Part shown: piece by piece, positions 14,739 through 21,568 of the stretch
How the letters are laid out: each line of letters opens with the position of its first letter
Numbering within the stretch: the first letter of the stretch is position 1
Source of the DNA: a virus
DNA length: 41,253 nt
Direction: 5' to 3' (one strand)
Virus record (IMG/VR): IMGVR_UViG_3300027852_000022
Location: 1-41,253 of that record
Translations under genes and position numbers: made by a program
Notes under the pieces: model-generated
What the model was told of the DNA's origin: nothing
Seen by the model: the letters and a program-made list of their open reading frames with translations, nothing else
The model's database searches: none

Positions 14739-16375
14739 TACCGGATACCGTAATTGAAAACGATCCCCGCGCCGAAGAGGCGATCCGGCGTTGGGATGAG
14801 CTGAAAAGCAGTCGAAGCCGCCACGAGCAGGATTGGGAGGACATTGCCAACCTGATGCGGCCGCAGCGCGGCGGTTTCGGCCTCTATGACCACAAGCGGC
14901 GGCAACAGGAGAAACCATTGTCCAGTGAGCCGATCATGGCTTTGGGCAGCTTCGCCGCGGGCATGTACGCCGCGCTGACCAACCCGGCCAACCGCTGGGG
15001 AGGCTTCGAGACACCGGATCAGGAGTTGAACCAGTGGCGCCCGATGGCCGAGTGGAACGATTTGGTGACCAATCGGGTGCTGGCCAGCTTCAGCCCGGCA
15101 GTCTCCGGTTTCTATGGTGCGACCTTCCAAGCCTATTCTGACCTCGCGGGCTTCGGCAACGCGGCGGGCTATGACCAAATCGACACCGTCAATCGGAAGT
15201 TCATCGATGTCACGATGTCACTGGCCGAAGTGGTGGTCGAGATCGACGCCCACGGCCGTGTCGTGGAAATGGTCCGCAAGTTCACGTTGAAACCGCGCGC
15301 GGCCGTGCGGGAGTATGGCGCCAAGATGCTGCCCAACAAGATCAACGAGATGGCGGACAAAGGCAGTTCCGACGATGTGACCTTCTACTACCACATCCTG
15401 AACAACGACCAGTTCGTCAAAGGCAAGCTCGGGCCACGTGGCAAGCCTTGGCTGGGCATCACGGCCTGCGAAGAGGGGCGCTCATTGGTTAAAATGGCCG
15501 GGCACGATGATATGCCGGCCTATTATCCCCGTTGGGATGTCGATAGCGGGATGACCTATGGCACGGGGCCCGGCATGATCGCCCTGCCCTCCGCGCGCAT
15601 GGTCAATTTGATGGATGGCGCGACGATCCGGGCGGCCCAGCAGGCCGCAGACCCCACACGGCTTGCGCCAGACCGTCAGGCGGTGCCGTTGAACGGTACA
15701 TTCCGCCCCGGTTCTGTGGTTTACGGCGCGGTGGACATGCGTGGCAATCCGCTGATCCGCAACCTCGAACAGGCGGGCAACATCGGCCTCACGATTGAGG
15801 AAAAACGGGCCAAGACAGAAGCGGTCAAAGAAGCGTTTCACTATGCGGTGATGTCGCTGTCGGGCCGAACCGGCGTTACCGAGGAAGAAACCCGGATCAT
15901 GGAAGAGGCGCGGCTGCGCAACTGGGCGCCCCACGCCGATCGCATTATGGAGGAATACGCGGCGCGCAAATTCGAGCGGCGGTTTCGCCTTCTGTGGCGC
16001 GCTGGTCAACTGCCACCTCCGCCACCCGAGGCGAGCGGTTTGCCCCTGCGCGTGCGGTACCAGTCGGCCGCTGCAATGGCGATGCGGGCACGCGAAGGCA
16101 CCGCAATCCGCCAGTTCATCGGCGATCTCGGACCCCTCGCCCAGCTGAACCCCCGCTATGTCGACCGCTTAGAGCCCGATGCCATTGCCGAAGCTCTGCA
16201 CGACGCCAGCCCATCGCTGCCGGCACGGATCCTACGCTCGCGGGAAGACGCCGACGAAATCGCCAAGGCGCGCGCGGACAAAGAGCAGCAGGCGCAGCAG
16301 ATGCAGATGGCAGAAGCTGCCGGTGGTGTTGCGAAGGACCTGGGCGTCACGCTCGGCAACGGAGGGATCCAATGA
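14735..16375 (+). CDS. Portal protein, T7 gp8-type head-to-tail connector (546 aa)
   Basis: Size and N-terminal pattern (RRWDELKSSRSRHEQDWEDIANLMRPQ) typical of podovirus connector proteins. Position after the terminase. Confidence 0.8.
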   Translation: MIPDTVIENDPRAEEAIRRWDELKSSRSRHEQDWEDIANLMRPQRGGFGLYDHKRRQQEKPLSSEPIMALGSFAAGMYAALTNPANRWGGFETPDQELNQWRPMAEWNDLVTNRVLASFSPAVSGFYGATFQAYSDLAGFGNAAGYDQIDTVNRKFIDVTMSLAEVVVEIDAHGRVVEMVRKFTLKPRAAVREYGAKMLPNKINEMADKGSSDDVTFYYHILNNDQFVKGKLGPRGKPWLGITACEEGRSLVKMAGHDDMPAYYPRWDVDSGMTYGTGPGMIALPSARMVNLMDGATIRAAQQAADPTRLAPDRQAVPLNGTFRPGSVVYGAVDMRGNPLIRNLEQAGNIGLTIEEKRAKTEAVKEAFHYAVMSLSGRTGVTEEETRIMEEARLRNWAPHADRIMEEYAARKFERRFRLLWRAGQLPPPPPEASGLPLRVRYQSAAAMAMRAREGTAIRQFIGDLGPLAQLNPRYVDRLEPDAIAEALHDASPSLPARILRSREDADEIAKARADKEQQAQQMQMAEAAGGVAKDLGVTLGNGGIQ

Positions 16376-16722
16376 TCTGGCAACGTCTCCCCATCATCCG
16401 CAGTTTCTTCGGCGGACCAAGCCCTGAGGTAAACCCTGCCGGCGCGGCGGCGGCCGACGATGCCGCCAGCATGGTTGCACAGCGCTGGCGGCGCGCCTTT
16501 GCGCGCGATCCGGAGCTCGCCGAGGACTTGATCCGGCAATCGGGCCTCATGGCCTTGCAGCCTATCGACATGGTGGATGGCTATCCTCAGCCGACCCCCA
16601 TCGACCCCTACCGCCTTGCATATGACGCTGGGCGACGCGACCTCGCCCTGCTGCTGCTGGCAGAGGGCAATATTTCCCACCACGAATTGAGCCAACTGAT
16701 GGAGAGCCTCGATGTACGTTAA
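16372..16722 (+). CDS. Hypothetical head-module protein (116 aa)
   Basis: ATGA overlap with the portal stop, GGAGGG upstream. Uses an internal start of the 15994-16722 ORF. Confidence 0.65.
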   Translation: MIWQRLPIIRSFFGGPSPEVNPAGAAAADDAASMVAQRWRRAFARDPELAEDLIRQSGLMALQPIDMVDGYPQPTPIDPYRLAYDAGRRDLALLLLAEGNISHHELSQLMESLDVR

Positions 16723-17743
16723 ATTTTTTCTCAAACCCCTGATCTGTTTTGCGCCCGAAGGCGACGCCGGTGGTGGCGCTGGCGGAGAAGGTGGTGGTGC
16801 CGGCGCAGGCGACGATACTGTTTCCGGCGGCGCAGGTGATGACACCGTGAACGGCGGCGCTGGAGCTGATACCCTGACCGGCGGTGGCAACGATACGCTG
16901 ACCGGTGGCGACGGCGGCACGACAAAATGGTGGGAGGGCGACAAGTTCAAAGACCATCGGGACATGCTTGAAGCCACCGGCCTGACCGTCGACGATCCTT
17001 TGGACGCTGTGATCAAACTGGCCAAGATGGAGAAATCTGCCCAGACAAAACTTGGTAAGCCTGCGGATCAGCTGCTCACCAAACCCGGAAAGGACGAAAG
17101 CGTCACCGATTGGATGAAATCCAACGCTGACATCTTCGGGATCCCGGAAAGTGCTGACAAATACGACATCAAGAAACCAGAGGCTTGGCCGAAGGATGCC
17201 AAGTGGGATGAGGGCCTGGAAGGCAAGGTTCGCGAGTTGGGCCTTGCGAAAGGCATGTCGAACGACGCGGTCAACGCGATGGTTGGCCTCTACGCCGAGA
17301 ACATCATGGCCCTCGACAAGGGTTCTGCTGACGATCTGGCAAAAGCCAACAGCGAGATGATGGCCGACCTGCAGAAGGACTGGGGCCAGCAGACCGAAGC
17401 CAAGCTCACGCTGGCCAGCCAGGCAGCGTCAGTCATCGCCGAAAAGGCGGGGCTGGACCAAGCCGCCATGCAGAACTTGGCCGAAAGCCTGAAGCCCAAG
17501 ATCGGCGATGCGGGGACCATGCGGATCTTCGCCGCCATCGGCGAGATGATGGGCGACGATCAGATGGTGATGGGCAATGGGGGCACATCTCTAAGCACCA
17601 CCCCGGCCGAGGCGCGCGCTGAGTTGTCGAAGATGCAGAGCCCGGGGGGCGAATACTATGAGGCGACCAGCAAGCGGGACACGGCCACCATCGCACGGCT
17701 GAAACCGCAAATCGATCGCCTGACCAAAATCGCTGCTGGCTAA
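16712..17743 (+). CDS. Scaffolding-protein candidate with N-terminal RTX-like glycine-rich repeats (343 aa)
   Basis: Sits between the portal and capsid genes. The helical, charged body is typical of scaffolds. N-terminus carries GGAGDDTVS-GGAGDDTVN-GGAGADTLT-GGGNDTLT. Confidence 0.65.
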   Translation: MYVKFFLKPLICFAPEGDAGGGAGGEGGGAGAGDDTVSGGAGDDTVNGGAGADTLTGGGNDTLTGGDGGTTKWWEGDKFKDHRDMLEATGLTVDDPLDAVIKLAKMEKSAQTKLGKPADQLLTKPGKDESVTDWMKSNADIFGIPESADKYDIKKPEAWPKDAKWDEGLEGKVRELGLAKGMSNDAVNAMVGLYAENIMALDKGSADDLAKANSEMMADLQKDWGQQTEAKLTLASQAASVIAEKAGLDQAAMQNLAESLKPKIGDAGTMRIFAAIGEMMGDDQMVMGNGGTSLSTTPAEARAELSKMQSPGGEYYEATSKRDTATIARLKPQIDRLTKIAAG

Positions 17744-17767
17744 TTTTAGATCACTTTCGAATGCCGA

Positions 17768-17795
17768 AGCCCTCGTCTCTCCGACGGGGGCTTTT
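17768..17795 (+). terminator. Rho-independent terminator after the scaffold gene
   Basis: 10-bp stem AGCCCTCGTC / GACGGGGGCT (one G-U pair), loop TCTCC, then TTTT-containing tail. Confidence 0.65.
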
Positions 17796-17810
17796 CAGTT
17801 CAAGTCTGGG

Positions 17811-18068
17811 CTATTTGGATTTCTGTTCGATGCTGAATTTCAGCGTGGTGATGTCGTAGCCGCGCCGGTCCAATTCCTCGCGCAAAGATCGGCCTTCATA
17901 AATCGGCAAGCCTTCAAAGGCTTCGGAAAGGATGCGGCCATCTGATTTCGCCGCCCCCTGCGCTCCCCATGCGTAGCAGAGGTCAGGTGTCTCGCGTGGC
18001 TCTGGCCGCGCCCATCCGGCGCGAAGCTGGCCGGGTTTGGCGGTCAGGGTGTGGATGCGCTTTGGCAT
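17811..18068 (-). CDS. Hypothetical protein (85 aa), last gene of the minus-strand island operon
   Basis: ATG preceded by CCGGAGG. Coding-like composition. Confidence 0.7.
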   Translation of the reverse strand: MPKRIHTLTAKPGQLRAGWARPEPRETPDLCYAWGAQGAAKSDGRILSEAFEGLPIYEGRSLREELDRRGYDITTLKFSIEQKSK

Positions 18069-18081
18069 GGTGCCTCCGGGG

Positions 18082-18528
18082 TTAGTTGGATTCGGTTTCG
18101 GCTTTTAGCCTTGCGGTAATTTCAGCATTTACGTCGCGGCCTTCGGGCGCTCGAAATTCTATAAGATCAATGCGCGAGAGTTGGCCTTCGGTGAAACGTG
18201 CTCGGTATTCCCACCATCCCACGTCCGGGTGGTTTCCGGTGTAAAAGCAAATGTCGCCATGAAACGCCAAATCCTCGGCTGGCTGTTCTACCCGTCGGAT
18301 CGAGCCGCACATTCCAAGAACTCCATCATCGTCGGGATAAGGGCGTTCCGCCTTCGGCACTTCCTCTTGGTGATACGGACGCCATGTGAGCCGCCCATCC
18401 GATGTGATAGTGTAGACCGTCATATATTGGTCTGGCGTGTCCTTCGTCTGAAATGTTTCGCCGCCTGCCGGTAACACCGGAGTTTCGGGCAGCGTCGCTT
18501 CGCACTTGATATAGTCAAACATTCCCAT
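18082..18528 (-). CDS. Hypothetical phage protein (148 aa)
   Basis: MFDYIKCE...FQTKD... N-terminus recalls a widespread uncharacterised phage family (from memory). CCGGAGG SD. Confidence 0.75.
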   Translation of the reverse strand: MGMFDYIKCEATLPETPVLPAGGETFQTKDTPDQYMTVYTITSDGRLTWRPYHQEEVPKAERPYPDDDGVLGMCGSIRRVEQPAEDLAFHGDICFYTGNHPDVGWWEYRARFTEGQLSRIDLIEFRAPEGRDVNAEITARLKAETESN

Positions 18529-18546
18529 CTTTGTGGGCCTCCGGGC

Positions 18547-18846
18547 TTAGTTGGATTGGTCGGGCGCGTAAGGCTGCACGGGCATCGGCGTCCAGTGGGT
18601 GTGGTAGCCGGGCCAGCCGCCGACGAATATGCGGGCGGCTGGCGCTTCACCCGTTTCTTGGTGGGTGTGGAGTTCGACGGGTTGTCCAGAATCGAGCGGC
18701 GATCCGACATAGGGCGGCTCCTCCAGCCAGCGTGCGCCATCCCACCCCCAGCACCACCAAAGCACATCGCCATGCTCCTCGGTCCATTCACTGAGGAGGC
18801 GTGGTACGCGGGTCGCATCGCGCGGCGGTTCGGTCGTAGGTTTCAT
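18547..18846 (-). CDS. DUF551-like small protein (99 aa)
   Basis: Trp-rich core and C-terminal THWTPMP motif, as in DUF551 proteins of lambdoid nin regions. CCGGAGG SD. Confidence 0.7.
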   Translation of the reverse strand: MKPTTEPPRDATRVPRLLSEWTEEHGDVLWWCWGWDGARWLEEPPYVGSPLDSGQPVELHTHQETGEAPAARIFVGGWPGYHTHWTPMPVQPYAPDQSN

Positions 18847-18861
18847 GGTTCCTCCGGGGGG

Positions 18862-19719
18862 TTAAATGGATTGAGCGGCGACGCGGAAGCCTGCGGCATT
18901 TCTATGCCCGCCGCCCCCGTTCGTCTTTGCAATCTCAGAAACGTCCATCCGATCATCCATAGATCGTAGGGAGTATGTCGTTCCGTCAAATGATCGCACA
19001 ACGCAGGCCGCGAATGGCGCTGATGGGTTTCGTTTCAAAAGTTCGTGGGCGGTTTCCGAAACGAAGTCATAGGAACAGGCCGCGACCGGCACCTTGTGGC
19101 CTGCAATTTCTGCCTCGAAGGCGGTGTCGCAGATATTGCTCACGATCATGTCGACATACCGGCGGATCGCAACGCCATCATTGGCGAGGCGTTCGGTTGT
19201 GAACATATCCCATAGGTCAAATTCGCGGGGTAGCGAGCGGATAGCGATGCAAACTTCCTTCGTGGCGCGAAGATTAAAGCGCCAAAGGTCGCGATCTTCG
19301 ACATGCTCCATCCATTCCGGCATGGGCGTTGCCCCGAAGCAGTATTCCCATGCGAGGCGACACCCTGACTTTTCCATGTTGAAGCACACGCCAACACCTT
19401 CGATCATGCGGTCTGCATACTTTTTCTCAAAGGGACCGCCAGCGCATTCCAGCTTAAGAAAGCCTTTCAGTTCGGATTCGGCTGTTTTGTGATGGTCAAG
19501 TACGACGATGCGCCGGGCTTTCGCGGCTAACGCCTCCATAACGTCTTTCTTAAACGAGAAATCGACGATTAAAACGTCTTTCCCGGTCACGTCTGGGGCG
19601 TCGTTTCCATAGTTGCAGGCAACGTATTTCACGGCATCGCCAAAGCGTTTCCAGACCGCAAAGGCGGCTGCAAACCCATCATCGCAGTTGGCGTGGTAGA
19701 TGCAAATATCGGGTGTCAT
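18862..19719 (-). CDS. DHH/DHHA1-family phosphoesterase (285 aa)
   Basis: Motif I IYHANCDDG, motif III VVLDHHKT (the DHH triad), and DHHA1 motif GGGGHRNAAG near the C-terminus. CCGGAGGAAC SD. Confidence 0.85.
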   Translation of the reverse strand: MTPDICIYHANCDDGFAAAFAVWKRFGDAVKYVACNYGNDAPDVTGKDVLIVDFSFKKDVMEALAAKARRIVVLDHHKTAESELKGFLKLECAGGPFEKKYADRMIEGVGVCFNMEKSGCRLAWEYCFGATPMPEWMEHVEDRDLWRFNLRATKEVCIAIRSLPREFDLWDMFTTERLANDGVAIRRYVDMIVSNICDTAFEAEIAGHKVPVAACSYDFVSETAHELLKRNPSAPFAACVVRSFDGTTYSLRSMDDRMDVSEIAKTNGGGGHRNAAGFRVAAQSI

Positions 19720-19737
19720 AGTTCCTCCGGATAACCT

Positions 19738-19805
19738 CTTTTACTACGTTATAAGAATAACAAGAACCATTGCCCGCGCCAACCCCTTTTGCTACGTTGT
19801 GAGAA
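19738..19805. promoter_or_regulatory. Divergent control region of the island with a 20-nt direct repeat
   Basis: CTTTTACTACGTTATAAGAA (19738-19757) and CTTTTGCTACGTTGTGAGAA (19786-19805) are 17/20 identical with a 48-nt period. They lie between the divergent DHH gene and the 19822 gene. Confidence 0.4.
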
Positions 19806-19821
19806 AGAAGTAAGAAAAGGC

Positions 19822-20313
19822 GTGGCTGTGAGCGACAGTAAGAAAGAGGGCGTCCAGTCCAAAAAGTGGGCAATCATAACGCAGCATCCGTGGCTTCCGT
19901 CGCGGTCAGAGCAAATTGCCCGCGCCCGCGCTTGGGGTGTGGCCGAAAGCTGGCTGGGAAAGACCGACATATCGGCTTTGATTGAGGATGATGTGCGCAA
20001 GGTGGGGCGGACCACCAACTGGATGGGTAAGCTAGAAGCCCGCGCCAACTTCATTCAAAGGATGCGGGCCTTCCAGCCCGTAGGTGACTTGGTATTCTTC
20101 GCCAACCCGCTTTGCGTCGGGTTCTCTGCTAAGGTTGCGGAGCAAACGGTTCAGGGGCTGTGGGCCGCAAAGATGGGCGTCTATGTGCATTCGGTGAAAG
20201 ACAATGGCCCGGCGATCTACCTGCCTGACGACGACCTGACGGAGTTTCTTGACGGGGTGACTCTGGCGGCAAACGCAGCACATCAAAGGCGCTTTCGAGC
20301 GCAATCCAAATAG
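19822..20313 (+). CDS. Hypothetical protein (about 163 aa); faint resolvase-fold-like pattern without catalytic residues
   Basis: Start uncertain (TTG 19789, GTG 19822 or GTG 19828). GDLVFFANPLCVGFSAKVAEQTVQGLWAAKMGVYVHSV loosely follows the serine-recombinase core, but the Ser and Arg residues are missing. Confidence 0.6.
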   Translation: MAVSDSKKEGVQSKKWAIITQHPWLPSRSEQIARARAWGVAESWLGKTDISALIEDDVRKVGRTTNWMGKLEARANFIQRMRAFQPVGDLVFFANPLCVGFSAKVAEQTVQGLWAAKMGVYVHSVKDNGPAIYLPDDDLTEFLDGVTLAANAAHQRRFRAQSK

Positions 20314-20324
20314 GAGCGCAGGCG

Positions 20325-20561
20325 ATGGATGATCTGAAACCGGGGGCCGGTTTGCCCGACCTCGAGTTCTTGCCGATCAGCTGCCCGAAGTGCGGGCGCA
20401 CGGCGAACAGCGCACGGGACGAGACGGACCCTCGTGCGGCTGTGCGTGCGGAGATACTGTGCCCCGATTGCGTCGGGGGCGACTTCGGGACCACCACATA
20501 TTTCGACGCGCAGGATCGGCAATTGTTGCCCGGTCCTGACGGAAGCGAAGAGTCCAAATGA
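20325..20561 (+). CDS. Zinc-ribbon protein (78 aa)
   Basis: CPKC...CPDC. TAGGAG junction SD 8 nt upstream. Confidence 0.7.
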   Translation: MDDLKPGAGLPDLEFLPISCPKCGRTANSARDETDPRAAVRAEILCPDCVGGDFGTTTYFDAQDRQLLPGPDGSEESK

Positions 20562-20571
20562 GGAGCAAGAC

Positions 20572-20649
20572 ATGGAAGCAATTGTAGGCGGAATGATCGG
20601 GGCGGTGGTGATCTTGCTTTTGGTCGCTTGGTATAAAAATGGCATTTAA
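20572..20649 (+). CDS. Possible 25-aa hydrophobic peptide
   Basis: AGGAG 6 nt before the ATG. MEAIVGGMIGAVVILLLVAWYKNGI is a single TM helix. Too short to be confident. Confidence 0.35.
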   Translation: MEAIVGGMIGAVVILLLVAWYKNGI

Positions 20650-20836
20650 GCGGGTTGCAGAATGGTGGTGCAACATCGCCCATGGGGGCGGTCGGATAGA
20701 GCGCGACCCGCAAGGTCGCATAAACTGGCGATGCTCTAAATGTGGTCGGTGGTCAGATCACCCCGTCTCACGGTTTGATGAGGTTCGCACCGTTGATCGC
20801 GAAATCGAGCATCACCGAAAACAACAGTCCAGATAG
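20639..20836 (+). CDS. Small zinc-binding protein (65 aa)
   Basis: C-x3-H ... CSKC. Overlaps the preceding mini-ORF. Ends in the QSR-TAGGAG boundary motif. Confidence 0.6.
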   Translation: MAFKRVAEWWCNIAHGGGRIERDPQGRINWRCSKCGRWSDHPVSRFDEVRTVDREIEHHRKQQSR

Positions 20837-20845
20837 GAGAAAAGT

Positions 20846-20995
20846 ATGTTTGGTAGAAAAGTGAAATTCATTCGCCGCCTCACCCGACCGCAGTGCCAGT
20901 TCCGGCGCTTTTCGCGGATGCGCGGCGGTTTCGAGTTCTGGGCGTATCGCGGTGGACCCGCGATTTATGTGTGGCACCCTACGGGGTCTGAATAG
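20846..20995 (+). CDS. Very basic mini-protein (49 aa)
   Basis: Below the 60-aa cutoff of the ORF track. ATG 20846 follows TAGGAGAAAAGT. Its TAG stop is again fused to a GGAG. Confidence 0.45.
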   Translation: MFGRKVKFIRRLTRPQCQFRRFSRMRGGFEFWAYRGGPAIYVWHPTGSE

Positions 20996-21005
20996 GAGAA
21001 AAGGG

Positions 21006-21140
21006 ATGAAAGAGACCCCCGAAGAAATGGCCGACAGAATCGAGGAAGAAGCGCGCGCCTGCGCTATTCCTGAAGATCGTGATTACGGCCTCATGGTTGC
21101 TGGCGTGATCCGCAAGGATACACGGCGGCAATCCAGATAG
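21006..21140 (+). CDS. Acidic mini-protein (44 aa)
   Basis: Internal ATG of the 20952-21140 ORF, preceded by TAGGAGAAAAGGG. Confidence 0.45.
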   Translation: MKETPEEMADRIEEEARACAIPEDRDYGLMVAGVIRKDTRRQSR

Positions 21141-21152
21141 GAGCGCGAAGCG

Positions 21153-21320
21153 ATGACAGGGATACCGGAGGTTGAGGAATACTATGAGGCCGGGGCATGG
21201 CTAGACGATTGCTTGGACGCTGGAGTGCGGCCATCGGACGATGGGCTGCGCGATATTGCTAAGAAATTGAGAACTGCGTCGGAACGCATTGAAGAGCTTT
21301 TAACTAAGCAACCCAAATAG
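21153..21320 (+). CDS. Mini-protein (55 aa)
   Basis: Not in the ORF track. ATG 21153 follows TAGGAGCGCGAAGCG. Translates to MTGIPEVEEYYEAGAWLDDC...EELLTKQPK and ends in the boundary motif. Confidence 0.45.
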   Translation: MTGIPEVEEYYEAGAWLDDCLDAGVRPSDDGLRDIAKKLRTASERIEELLTKQPK

Positions 21321-21568
21321 GAGCCTGACACCACCACAGGTGCTTCGAGTGCAAATCCGGGGCACATTATGCGTTTTACCTTGACAGAACTCCGAAAATC
21401 GCGATGACATTTACGCACGACGGGTGGCATCGCATATGCGTTGTCCGTCTGATCAGGGACAAGCCCCTGCGCTGATGCGGCGTTACGCCCAGGTCGGGTC
21501 CGGATATACCGGGCGGCCCCTCCGAAAACTCACCAAAGCAACGTTGATTTTTCGAAGGAGAGGGCTGC

